A stretch of 64,000 nucleotides of DNA from an uncultured delta proteobacterium (GCA_963733195.1 CAVTCR010000081.1:32001-96000), one strand, 5' to 3'. Shown: positions 31,905-41,949, counted from the stretch's first letter. The notes: generated by a model from the letters alone, not told the origin. Numbers and translations: made by a program.

Positions 31905-31992
31905 AAGGCGCGCCACCGCATCGCTGCCCTGTGGCGGTTCTGACTAAACCTGAAAGGATACATCTAGCCGCGGCGTGTGATGGCAACGGCAT
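31905..31992 (+). other. Second, degenerate attC-like site interrupted by the IS110
   Basis: GCTGCCCTGTGGCGGTTCTGACTAAACCTGAAAGG aligns to attC1 GCGGCCCCTGTTGCGGATTCTGCTGAATCGTGAAAAGG; the R' end is not clean. Confidence 0.6.
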
Positions 31993-32146
31993 ACTTAACC
32001 TACGCACTGGCTTCGTGCGATTCAGAACTCCGTCCAATGACGTAAGGCTTCGCGCTGTCTATTGTGAATTGTCTGGTCCGCGACCGCCCCTAAACAGCCC
32101 CCCCAACCACCCTCACGTAGGAGATAGGCACGCGGCTGCTGCGTTG

Positions 32147-33808
32147 TCACACATCATTCGCCTGTGTTAACGCCCGTGTAATAAGCTGTTGCGCTTCCTC
32201 TTGAATCTGGCGTAGATGCTCTACGCCGAGGAAGCTCTCGGTGTAGAGCTTGTAGATATTTTCCGTGCCGGATGGGCGCGCCGCAAACCACCCGTTGGCG
32301 GTCATCACTTTGAGCCCGCCAATCGCGCTGTTATTCCCAGGGGCGGTCGTTAGTACTGTTTGGATCTTTTCACCCGCAAGCGTATCGCTCGATAATTGCT
32401 CTGGTGAGAGTCGTTGCAATTGCGCTTTCTGTTCTGCCGTGGCAGGAGCGTCGATGCGTTCGTACACTGGATCACCATACTTATCCGCAAGGTCACGATA
32501 ATACGCCCCTGGGTCGCGACCAGTTTTGGCCATGATCTCTGCCGCTAGTAGGCCTAAGATGATGCCATCTTTGTCGGTTGTCCATACCATTCCGTCACGG
32601 CGCAGAAAAGACGCTCCTGCACTCTCTTCACCACCGAACCCAAGCGTACCGCTCATCAACCCTTCGACGAACCACTTGAATCCCACCGGGGTCTCAATCA
32701 GCGGGCGACCAAGTTGGTTGGCAATACGATCGATCATGCTGCTACTGACCACTGTCTTTCCTACAGCCGCGTTTGCCTGCCAGTTCGGACGGTGCTGAAA
32801 AAGATAGGCAATGGCAACGGTCAGATGTCGTTCGGATTCAACAAACCTGCACTTCGAGTGACAATGCCGTGACGATCATGGTCAGGGTCATTCGCCCAGG
32901 CGATGTCAAATCGGTCTTTGAGAGCGATCAAACTCGCCATGGCATAAGGGGAGGAACAATCCATGCGGATCCTCCCGTCCCAGTCTAGCGTCATGAACGA
33001 GAACGTTGGGTCGACCGTGTCGTGCATGACCGTAAATTCCAGTCCATAGTGTTCAGCAATTGCGCTCCAGTATGCAACCCCAGCACCACCCAACGGATCA
33101 GCGCCAAGCTTCAGCCCGGAGGCACGGATGATACTCATGTCCACGACGTTATCGAGGTCAGCAACATATGTCTGGAGATAGTCGTAGCGATGGGTCGTGG
33201 AAGCAACGCGAGCTTGTTCGTAGGGAATGCGTTTCACCTCATGAAGATTATGAGCAAGCAGCATGTTAGCCTGTGCCTCAATCCACTGCGTCACATGTGT
33301 GTCAGGTGGTCCGCCATGCGGCGGATTATATTTGAAGCCACCGTCCTCAGGTGGATTATGCGAGGGCGTGATCACGATCCCATCGGCAAGCTGACTCTTC
33401 CGTCCACGGTTGTAAGTGAGAATGGCATGAGAAATGACAGGGGTTGGAGTATAGCCGTCGTTGTTATCTATTCTTACCTCAACCCTATTTGCCGCCAGCA
33501 TTTCCAGCGCCGTAGTAAAAGCAGGCTCGGAGAGCGCATGGAATGTCTCCCAAGAAGAGTGGACCGCTAATGTCGTGCTTCTGGCGATACCAGCAAATCG
33601 CCTGACTCACCGCAAGAATGTGGGCTTCGTTAAAAGAATGGGTAAACGCCGAGCCTCGGTGCCCTGAGGTGCCAAAGGCTACACGTTGCGCGGGCACTGC
33701 GGAGTCAGGATGACCCGTATAATAAGCGGAGATCAATTGTGGGACATTGATCAGCATTGTTGGTTCTGCACGAAGACCAGCTAACGGGCTGATGCGCGTC
33801 ATGGCCAT
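32147..33808 (-). CDS. pgm: Phosphoglucomutase (alpha-D-glucose-phosphate-specific); frameshifted
   Basis: [65 protein letters not shown]. Confidence 0.93.
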
Positions 33809-34069
33809 TGCTCCTCTCATGATCCCGTATAGGCTCATGGTACTCATAAGATGTGACAAAGAATTTGGCAATATAGACAGTAGCCTTGATCCTCTTTAGG
33901 AGAGGACTGGATTCAGCCCTGGAACAAAGCGGTGCGAAAAAACTTGTCAGATGTAAAATGAGACTTGTCGTGTTTATGCCGCTTTCTTTCCTTAGGGTTC
34001 TATACTGTCATTCACCGGATTCTCGCCCACTTGCTTCTCGTTGGAGTTGGCTTCAACCTCAGCGGTTAT

Positions 34070-34270
34070 GATGCAGGATGCGCGAGATTCTCTGCATGCC
34101 TGCTCTGCACCGATACTGTTTATGGCTGGGGCACACGACCGTGTCGTACCGCGCCAGAATGCTGAGGCGATAACCTGGGGATCGAAAACACAAGCAGTGA
34201 TTATCACAGGTTCTCACTTGGCGATGTATACAAAACCAACGGCAGCAGCCACAGCCATTAGCGGTGTGTG
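34070..34270 (+). pseudogene. C-terminal fragment of an alpha/beta hydrolase
   Basis: APILFMAGAHDRVVP...GSHLAMYTKP acid/His motifs with no N-terminus. Confidence 0.45.
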
Positions 34271-34321
34271 CGGCACGACGATTGAGAGTCCTGGCGTCAG
34301 TCTCTTCGCGAGTTTTCCATC

Positions 34322-36412
34322 TTACGAAGGCGGCTGCGATGTAAACGGTAGCAGGAGAGGTTGACTGCTGGCGGTCAATTCGTACAAACGCTCTTGCGAG
34401 CGAAAGGGTGGGTCTCCGGTTGCTGTTAGACGTTGCGAATGACCATCTGGGAGGATCACGCGAGCTTTGACCGTGTCACCTAACTGAATATCGAGAATCT
34501 TGCGAAGGTGTGTCTGCAAGTGCGGATCGAGAATTGGAAACGCGACCTCAATACGGTTATCAAGATTCCGAGGCATCCAATCGGACGACGCGAGCCAATA
34601 CTCTGGGGTCCCTGCATTGTGGAAATAGAAAATCCGCGCGTGCTCAAGGTAGCGGTCGATAATCGAGATGACACGGATACGGTCGGAAACTCCAGGGATA
34701 CCGGGGCGCAGACAGCACAAGCCACGGACAATCAGGTCAATCTGAACGCCTGCTTGGCTGGCAGCATACAATTCGTCAATCACCACAGGGTCTTCTAACC
34801 CGTTCATTTTGGCAATCAAGTGAGCAGACAGTCCAGCGCGGGCGTGCTCCGCTTCCCGCTGGATACGTCGCACTAAGCCATCGCGCAAATCGAAGGGAGA
34901 AACCAACAAGTGGCGAGATTCTCGTGGGTGGGCATAGCCAGTCATGAGGTTGAACAATTCAGTTAAATCTTCTCCGAACGTATCACGACAAGTGAAGAGG
35001 CCGAGATCACCATATATGGTGCTGGTACGGACATTGTAGTTACCAGTGCCGAGGTGACAATAGCGGCGCAGTCCGTCTGCTTCCTGGCGGACCACCAGGC
35101 ACGCCTTACAATGGGTCTTATACCCGACGATGCCATAGACCACGTGGGCACCAACTTCTTCCAGCGCGCGCGCCCAGGAGATGTTTGCTTCTTCATCGAA
35201 ACGGGCGCGCAGTTCCAGTAACACGGCCACTTCTTTGCCGTTCTCTGCGGCGCGCGCAAGGATCTGCGGGATGGGCGAGGCCTGTCCGACGCGGTACAAG
35301 GTCATCTTGATCGCCAGCACCTTCGGATCATCTGCCGCCTCTTCTAGGAAGCGCGTAAAGGCGCGGAACGACTGATAGGGGTGGTGGACAAGAATGTCGC
35401 CGCCGCGAATGGCGCTCCATATGTCAGAGGCGCCTTCGAATGCCGACACCGGGAGCGGTGGTTGAGGGCGGTCCTTGAGCCGTGGCAAATCGATGGCAGT
35501 ATATAACTGAAAGAGATCGGCAAATGCCGTAAAGCCCTTGCCGGGATATAAGTCTTCCGGTTGGAGTTCAAGTTCAGTAACGAGCTTCGTCAGCACATCA
35601 ACGGGAAGATCATCGTCATACTGCAAACGCACCGCGGCGCCCATCCGGCGATCCCGCACACTTTGTTCTATCGCCGTGAGTAAGTCTTGATTTCGTACGA
35701 GAGGAAGTTGCATGTCGGCGTCACGGGTGACGCGCACCGCATGGCACGAAAGGACCTCGTACCCGTGATAGAGCTGCGACAAATGTGAGTGAATCACGTC
35801 TTCCAACAAGATAAAAACGTGTTCACCCGCCGAAGCCGGTAACGCAATAAAGCGCGGGACGACCTGCGCTGGAAGATGCACAACCGAAAGTGAGGTCTTC
35901 GGCAGATGCGATGGTCTGGACGGACGCAGAGATGCGACCAGGCAGAGCGAGCGATTGGCAAGGTGCGGGAACGGATGTCCTGGATCAATTGCTAAGGGGG
36001 TAACAATCGGAAACAGCGTGCGGCGAAAGTAGTCTTGGAGGAAATGCTTTTGGCCCTCTGTCAGGTCGGAAGGACTAATAATACGAATTCCTTCGGTCAT
36101 TAACCGTGGCTGCAGATCTTCCAAAAAACATCGATGCTGCTCCTCAGCCAGATGATGCACGCGCTCGGAAATGGCGGTTAGCGTCTGGGCGGGAGTGAGT
36201 CCATCGGGGCCGGACTGCTGGTCTCCGGTAGCAATACGCTGTTGGAGGCGAGCTACCCGCACCATGAAGAATTCGTCGAGATTGGAACTGAAAATCGCCA
36301 GGAATTTCACTCGTTCCAACAGTGGAACACTTTCATCGAGCGCTTCCTCAAGCACACGGCGATTGAACTCCAGCCACGAGAGTTCTCGATTGGTATACAG
36401 GTGCACTTCCAT
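34322..36412 (-). CDS. ppk1: Polyphosphate kinase 1
   Basis: NRELSWLEFNRRVL, SNLDEFFMVRV, HHPYQSF, ARFDEEANI, KTHCK, HLGTGNYN, DWMPRNLDNRIE. Confidence 0.97.
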   Translation of the reverse strand: MEVHLYTNRELSWLEFNRRVLEEALDESVPLLERVKFLAIFSSNLDEFFMVRVARLQQRIATGDQQSGPDGLTPAQTLTAISERVHHLAEEQHRCFLEDLQPRLMTEGIRIISPSDLTEGQKHFLQDYFRRTLFPIVTPLAIDPGHPFPHLANRSLCLVASLRPSRPSHLPKTSLSVVHLPAQVVPRFIALPASAGEHVFILLEDVIHSHLSQLYHGYEVLSCHAVRVTRDADMQLPLVRNQDLLTAIEQSVRDRRMGAAVRLQYDDDLPVDVLTKLVTELELQPEDLYPGKGFTAFADLFQLYTAIDLPRLKDRPQPPLPVSAFEGASDIWSAIRGGDILVHHPYQSFRAFTRFLEEAADDPKVLAIKMTLYRVGQASPIPQILARAAENGKEVAVLLELRARFDEEANISWARALEEVGAHVVYGIVGYKTHCKACLVVRQEADGLRRYCHLGTGNYNVRTSTIYGDLGLFTCRDTFGEDLTELFNLMTGYAHPRESRHLLVSPFDLRDGLVRRIQREAEHARAGLSAHLIAKMNGLEDPVVIDELYAASQAGVQIDLIVRGLCCLRPGIPGVSDRIRVISIIDRYLEHARIFYFHNAGTPEYWLASSDWMPRNLDNRIEVAFPILDPHLQTHLRKILDIQLGDTVKARVILPDGHSQRLTATGDPPFRSQERLYELTASSQPLLLPFTSQPPS

Positions 36413-36415
36413 GCT

Positions 36416-37396
36416 TCAGACTCCTCGCCCGAACGTCTCGCGCAGAAGCAATCCTTGTCGTACACCTTCGGTACACACTGTGAGGGTACGATAGTTGCCG
36501 AGTCTCATGACTTCTTCGACGACAACGGTTCCCGCAAGGATGACGTCCGCGCGCTCCTCTTTGAGGCCGCCCAATTGCGTACGTTCGAGTGCCGAGAGTC
36601 CCTCCATGCGTTCGCGGAGTGCAGTGATGTCGGCTCGGTGGAGGCTTAGTCCTAGTCGCGACTGTTGCTTATTGATGGCGGTCAAATGCATACGCCCGAG
36701 GGTCCGGATGGTCCCACCGAGCCCAACCATTTCACTGCCAGAAGGCGATAGGAAAAATTTTCTTTCGAGCTGATGCTGGACTTCCTGACGTAGCGCTTGT
36801 ACTTGCTGTGCAGTTGGCGGGTCGCTTTTGAAAAACCGGACGGTAGTGCGAACTGACCCGAGCGGCAAGCTGGCAGCTGAGGTGATTTCCTCTTCGCGCA
36901 CGTGAGAGAGTTGGAGGCTGCCGCCACCAAGATCCGCGACGGTGCCGTTGCGGAAGGAAAGGCTCCGCAACGCGGCCTGGGTACCCAACAGGGCTTCTTC
37001 TAAGCCACTGAGGATGCGGACCGAGACTCCAGCCTCGCGCTGCAACTTATCCAGCAATTCGCTGCGATTCGTCGCCTCGCGCACGGCTGACGTGGCTACG
37101 GCGAGGATACGTGGGCGATACTCCCGTCGAGCTTCGCGGAGAAAGCGGCGGATGGCGTCGGTGGTTTCCCTGATCGCAGTGGGAGGCAATACGCCAGGAC
37201 GACCAGCGCTCAGGCGCGTTTGTACACGTTCTTCGCGGAGTACCTGAAAGCCTACTCCCGGAAGGACTGAAGCGACAAGACAGCGGACGGCATTTGATCC
37301 TAATTCTACCAGCGCGAGAAACTCAGACACATGAGAAGCATAAGAAAGTGCTCCGCGAAGATCAAGAGCGACCTCACTTTTTGTCGATACTGGCAT
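36416..37396 (-). CDS. ppx: Ppx/GppA-family exopolyphosphatase (short form)
   Basis: ELGSNAVR, ATSAVREATN, ILSGLEEA, DLGGGSLQ, ERADVILAG. Confidence 0.92.
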   Translation of the reverse strand: MPVSTKSEVALDLRGALSYASHVSEFLALVELGSNAVRCLVASVLPGVGFQVLREERVQTRLSAGRPGVLPPTAIRETTDAIRRFLREARREYRPRILAVATSAVREATNRSELLDKLQREAGVSVRILSGLEEALLGTQAALRSLSFRNGTVADLGGGSLQLSHVREEEITSAASLPLGSVRTTVRFFKSDPPTAQQVQALRQEVQHQLERKFFLSPSGSEMVGLGGTIRTLGRMHLTAINKQQSRLGLSLHRADITALRERMEGLSALERTQLGGLKEERADVILAGTVVVEEVMRLGNYRTLTVCTEGVRQGLLLRETFGRGV

Positions 37397-37745
37397 TAAC
37401 CACTCCCTCTCCACCCCCCACAATATACGCCTCCAGTTTTGCTAAGGCCTGTTGTACGTCCTCTCCTGAGGCTTTCAGGTGACGCATAACCAGCCGCATA
37501 TCGATCATATCTCCCGGATGACGAAGGAGGTGCAGCAGCACCTTGTCTCCCGTGTCCTCAGGATCGATTTGCAGTGTCAAGGGAACTACGCTCTGGTTGA
37601 TTGCTTGCCTAACATCGGCTGCGGTGGCGTGAAAGGTCCGCATCAATTTACGTACGCGTCGGATAGCGTATGGATGACGGCGCAAATGTTGAGCGATCTT
37701 ATCCCTTACCTCGTCAGGTGTATGCAGACGATCGGATGAATCCAT
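37374..37745 (-). CDS. Hypothetical protein with two internal ~35-aa repeats; first gene of the ppx-ppk1 operon
   Basis: DKIAQHLRRHP...LMRTFHATAADVRQAI vs DKVLLHLLRHP...VMRHLKASGEDVQQAL; overlaps the ppx start. Confidence 0.75.
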   Translation of the reverse strand: MDSSDRLHTPDEVRDKIAQHLRRHPYAIRRVRKLMRTFHATAADVRQAINQSVVPLTLQIDPEDTGDKVLLHLLRHPGDMIDMRLVMRHLKASGEDVQQALAKLEAYIVGGGEGVVNASIDKK

Positions 37746-37826
37746 AAATGTAGATCTCCAAAAACCCCTTACTTTTCCAGGACGATGGAAGGAAAAAGAA
37801 AGTAAGAAGAACTCTGCCACACAAAT

Positions 37827-37866
37827 GTGACAAGAATATGACAGGCAGATGACGTGTGTATGACGT
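37827..37866 (-). promoter_or_regulatory. Pho-box array (4 units) for the hypothetical-ppx-ppk1 operon
   Basis: ACGTCAT-n4-ACGTCAT-n4-CTGTCAT-n4-TTGTCAC; best match to the consensus in the window. Confidence 0.88.
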
Positions 37867-37895
37867 GTCAATAGATCTTGCGCCTTCGGGTGCCT

Positions 37896-37924
37896 GCTTC
37901 ACTAAATTTTCATCGTGTTGTCAC
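37896..37924 (+). promoter_or_regulatory. Pho-box array for the divergent small ORF
   Basis: GCTTCAC-n4-TTTTCAT-n4-TTGTCAC. Confidence 0.65.
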
Positions 37925-37980
37925 TTTCTCGTAGACCCTGCGATGTATCAAGAGAGCACCTTTCTCGTTAAGGAGCCTGT

Positions 37981-38208
37981 ATGTCTCAGGATGAATCGAT
38001 TTACCTCTCTCTGCGCCTGCCGTTTTTTTGGTGGCGTCGCCTGCAGCGAGTCGCCGGGAGCTGCTCTGCTGCCCCGAACGAATTTGCACGCGAGACCATC
38101 GAAGCCGAAATTGTTAGACGCGAACTGTTGTTAGAAAAACAGGGGCAGATTGAGGACGACTGGCTGAGCCTGGTAACCGGTGCGATACCGCCCTCTCGGC
38201 TGCAGTAA
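37981..38208 (+). CDS. Small protein, possible ribbon-helix-helix fold
   Basis: AAGGAG RBS; YLSLRLP strand followed by two predicted helices. Confidence 0.55.
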   Translation: MSQDESIYLSLRLPFFWWRRLQRVAGSCSAAPNEFARETIEAEIVRRELLLEKQGQIEDDWLSLVTGAIPPSRLQ

Positions 38209-38267
38209 CAGCGTGTTTCTTCTGTGAACCGCGTTGCGCGACTGGTGCACGTTGTGAAAGGAAGCCC

Positions 38268-38672
38268 TTACGACGATGCTAACGGGGAACTTTGTTTCTC
38301 CTTCGACGATTCACTCAGATCTCGGATGTCTTGATCGAAGAGCATTTCTTGTACGAATGCCGCGAGAGTGTGCTGTGCCTCTGTGTAGCAGCCACGACCA
38401 AGTGGGGTGAGCTTATAGTAACGACGAACCCTACCTTGGACGGTGGTTGTATGACTCTTGAGCAGCTTTGTCTGCTCGAGTGTGTGAAGCAGAGGGTAGA
38501 GCGTTCCTGGACTCACAGTGTAGTCGAATTTGCGTAATGCTTTGATCAGGGCGCCCCCATATACCGACTCGTGTTGGGCACGCTGGAGGATAAACAGTTT
38601 GATCATCCCATTTATGAGCGATCGGCGGAGTGAGTTTACGGAATCATGTAGATCCAACTTGCGGGTTGCCAT
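38268..38672 (-). CDS. PadR-family transcriptional regulator
   Basis: LFILQRA...YGGALI...VSPGTLYPLLHTLE...RRYYKLTPLG. Confidence 0.92.
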   Translation of the reverse strand: MATRKLDLHDSVNSLRRSLINGMIKLFILQRAQHESVYGGALIKALRKFDYTVSPGTLYPLLHTLEQTKLLKSHTTTVQGRVRRYYKLTPLGRGCYTEAQHTLAAFVQEMLFDQDIRDLSESSKEKQSSPLASS

Positions 38673-38695
38673 TTCTCTCAGGCGATCAACACGAC

Positions 38696-38735
38696 GTTAC
38701 ACGGTGATGTCTATTATGTGACGATTCGATGAACC
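38696..38735 (-). promoter_or_regulatory. Pho-box array upstream of padR
   Basis: GGTTCAT-n4-TCGTCAC-n4-TAGACAT-n4-GTGTAAC. Confidence 0.65.
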
Positions 38736-38862
38736 CTTTTGCAATAGGCACAAAAAATAGGGCGACTTTTTTATTTTTTATTTTCGACATGCGCTCGTAA
38801 CACACACATAGTATCGTTCCTGTATTGATCTCGACAGAACTAATCACAGGAGGTCATCACGA

Positions 38863-39069
38863 ATGTACGAATCTATTCAAGAAAGAATTCCATCTCACGT
38901 CCACGTTATTCTTACTGAAGTCGAACTGATCCAACCTTCTCTTCGTCGTGTGCTCTCACGAATTTGCAAACAACAGCGGCGTTGGTGGAATGAAGAACGA
39001 CTGACACTACTGGCGTTAGGTTTGGGGAATATCTGTTTTCTCGGGCTTGTGCTGTGGTGGATTTTGTAG
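38863..39069 (+). CDS. Small protein with a C-terminal transmembrane helix (68 aa)
   Basis: GGAGG RBS; LTLLALGLGNICFLGLVLWWIL; Pho-like pair TCGACAT-n4-TCGTAAC at 38784-38801. Confidence 0.6.
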   Translation: MYESIQERIPSHVHVILTEVELIQPSLRRVLSRICKQQRRWWNEERLTLLALGLGNICFLGLVLWWIL

Positions 39070-39509
39070 CGATTTATTTCATTCGTCACCAAAAATTTCA
39101 CTTTATGTCATATTTCTCTCCAGTTCATCCCTCAACCTCCTCCGGCCCGAAAACACATCGGCGTGTGAAACGACAATAACTTTGCCTTCAGCGTCGGGCA
39201 GCACGTCGAAAGCAAACAAATGGTGACAATGAGTTTATCATCATTCGCCTTGGGACGATTCCCCCCTTCGCTCGACGAGGGGAGGGACGCAGGCCCGCAG
39301 GTTTTTCTCTCCGTCTGTAGGCCTGTTGTTTTTATCGATTCTTCATTGTCCTTTCATCTTCATGTAATAACGCGTCTCTATACTAGACGGCGATCATCTC
39401 CCAACCCCAGAGGCTGCGCAGAACAGCGGGCCTCTCCCTCCGAGGCGCTGGTGAACAACGAGCAGCAGCGCCTCGCCCCCCACTTTTAGGTGCCCCATGA
39501 TTCTCCAAC

Positions 39510-39538
39510 ATGTCACTATGCTGCAACGCGCGCGTCAT
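39510..39538 (+). promoter_or_regulatory. Pho-box array upstream of the cytochrome c-like / phosphoesterase genes
   Basis: ATGTCAC-n4-CTGCAAC-n4-GCGTCAT. Confidence 0.65.
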
Positions 39539-39549
39539 ATTGTCCCTGT

Positions 39550-40098
39550 ATGAATATCGTCATCCTCATAAATCGTGTGACCGTCGCTCGGCCAGGGAAT
39601 CTCGAGTTTCTCACGGCCTTTAGTTTCGCCGGAGCGAATGTTGCCATTGATGGAGAAGAATTGATTATTGCCGGAGCTCGCGTCGGTAATGGTACAGCAA
39701 CAGTCCGCACCAACGTGCGGATGAAATATGCGATTGCATCGCAATCCCTCATCATCGGTGCTGCGGTCAATGTGAATACTGCCCTTTTCAACTCCGTTCA
39801 GGAGATTTTTAGCAATTGCTTATCGTCAGGTTGTCATGGCAGCGAGAATCCCCAAGCTGGACAGGTCCTATCTTCTGGGGTTTCATTTCAGAACATCGTA
39901 GCAGTGAGAAGTAGCGAGGTTCCCGACCTTCTCCGAATCAATCCTGGGTTTCCGGAAAAAAGCTACTTGTTACAGAAGATCGAGCAGGAAAAACCACTCA
40001 TCGGTGGGCAGATGCCGTTAGGAGGTCCACCGCTTTCACGCGAACAGATTGAGACCATACGCCAGTGGATCTCCGCCGGGGCTCCTCCCCCATCATAG
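39550..40098 (+). CDS. Cytochrome c-like domain protein (CX4CH motif); start uncertain
   Basis: VQEIFSNCLSSGCH...INPGFPEKSYLLQKI...GQMPLGGPPLS...IRQWISAGA, typical of planctomycete-type cytochrome c domains. Confidence 0.7.
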   Translation: MNIVILINRVTVARPGNLEFLTAFSFAGANVAIDGEELIIAGARVGNGTATVRTNVRMKYAIASQSLIIGAAVNVNTALFNSVQEIFSNCLSSGCHGSENPQAGQVLSSGVSFQNIVAVRSSEVPDLLRINPGFPEKSYLLQKIEQEKPLIGGQMPLGGPPLSREQIETIRQWISAGAPPPS

Positions 40099-40127
40099 TC
40101 GCTCGTTGTTTATTCCCTCATTAGCGT

Positions 40128-41329
40128 ATGCCGAGAACATGTTGTTTCATAAAAATTGTACTAATCCTCCTTCTTATAGGGGTGCTGAGTGCGTCTGTGC
40201 ACGCTGATTCACGTCACTCCGAGGAGGACGATGACCACGAGTCAGGAAAAATGAAATTTGCCTTCGCACTGATCGGCGATCTGCAATACAGTGCCCACGA
40301 AGATGCCAAGTTTCTGAACCTTCGCGACAGTATTAACAAGGAAAATGTTGCCTTTGTGTTGCACGACGGCGATTTCAAAAGTAGTTCTAGTCTTTGCTCT
40401 GATGCCCTGTATCTCCAACGGTTCGAGTTGTTTCAGACGTTCAAGTCTCCGTTCGTCTACGTGTTCGGCGATAATGAATGGACGGACTGCCACCGCACCG
40501 CCGCCGGCGCTTTCGATCCTCTAGAACGTCTCGACAAGTTACGGCAGATTTTCACCCAAGGTGATCAGAGTCTAGGAAAACACACCTTGAGACTCGATCG
40601 GCAGAGCAAGAACCCACTCTTTAGCAAATACCGTGAAAATGTCCGGTGGGAGTATGGGGATGTCATATTTATTGGCCTGAACATTCCCGGCAGTAACAAC
40701 AACTTTCCGCCATATCCTTCAACCCTTTCGGCACAACAACAGGCAGCGAATGTCGTTGAGTCGACTGAACGCAATCAGGCCAACCTTGCTTGGATACAGG
40801 AGGCGTTCGCGGTGGCGAAGCAGGACGGTCGGCGGGGGATTCTTTTCTTCATCCAGGGAAATCCGTTTATTTTTCCACCATCTAATGACAAACTGACAGG
40901 GTATGCCGATTTTCTTTCATTACTTGAGGGTGAAACTCGAACGTTTGGCAAACCTGTGGTATTAGTCCACGGCGATCGCATTACTTCCGCATCGACAAGC
41001 CTACACCACAACCGAGTGAAGGTGACCCGAAGGATAACCGCACCACACGGTTGGCGAACTTTACCCGTGTGGAGACATTTGGTTCACCGGATGTGCATTG
41101 GGTGCGTGGCATTGTGATAAGAAACAATCCTGATCTGTATTCGCTTCAGTACCAGAGTTTGTTGACGCGAACCGTTAGTCCCGTGTGTGTTTCCCCTACG
41201 CACGAGTCGGGTGGACACTCACTGCCCCACCCATCAGCAGTTACGTTCGTGATAATGGGGAGTGTCCACCTTTCCTCACTCTCTGCGCACCTTTCATTAC
41301 GGCCACGGTACAATGGTGAAATTCTGTAG
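40128..41329 (+). CDS. Secreted calcineurin-like metallophosphoesterase; frameshift ~40978, true 3' end uncertain
   Basis: Signal peptide; IGDLQY, HDGDFK, GDNEWTDCHR, VHGD(S)HYFRIDKP across the indel, NFTRVETFGSPDVHWV. Confidence 0.8.
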
Positions 41330-41545
41330 TGCGTTGTAGAACCAGAACATGTACCATCCCCACATGGTAAAAGTCGCCAGAACAAATAAGAACTCCCCGA
41401 ATCGCTCCGCTCGGGTTACTTGCCGAAGTCGTGCACGAAGACCCTCCCACGCGACTGGTGGTACCTGACCGTCATGTGTTTTCCCCCACGCCTGCTCCAA
41501 ACCCTCGCTCGGATACCTTCCCTCAATCATATAGTCGTTCATCAT
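41297..41545 (-). CDS. Small membrane protein (82 aa)
   Basis: AAGGAGG RBS; aromatic-rich TM segment FLFVLATFTMWGWYMFWFY; Pho-like array at 41606-41634. Confidence 0.6.
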   Translation of the reverse strand: MMNDYMIEGRYPSEGLEQAWGKTHDGQVPPVAWEGLRARLRQVTRAERFGEFLFVLATFTMWGWYMFWFYNALQNFTIVPWP

Positions 41546-41834
41546 GTTATCCTCCTTGCGTTATAACGTGCTTAGAGGATTAGACGCATTGGATCCTACA
41601 TCGCCATGAAAGGCCAGTGAACAGCTGATGAAACCCGCCCTTGCTATGCGTCGTATGATCTTTAGTTAGGTGCTGGCAGGCACAGCCTGCCCTACCTTGT
41701 GTCCATGGAGACCCGTAGGGCGGGCTGCGCCCGCCACGGTGCTCTCAAGTAAAAATCCACATCTTGCTGTAGCGCTTCTATGGCTCCATCACATCACGCT
41801 TGAGAGTGCGAGCTGAATTTCCCGAGGTTGAAGG

Positions 41835-41874
41835 AATTCACCAAGAGTTCTCGCTTTCTTCATGCCTCTGTAAT
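41835..41874 (+). promoter_or_regulatory. Pho-box-like array
   Basis: AATTCAC-n4-AGTTCTC-n4-TCTTCAT-n4-CTGTAAT. Confidence 0.5.
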
Positions 41875-41949
41875 GTTCATCAGCCAGTGTTGTTTGTACG
41901 CTGAAGAGCTGTTTGCAGCGGATGTGTACTGTCATGAGAAGGAGGCGTT

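Noticed and set aside
33840-33885. Possible Pho boxes upstream of pgm (also considered before the HAD gene and phoA)
   Set aside because: Units are not in clean 11-bp phase or match too weakly.
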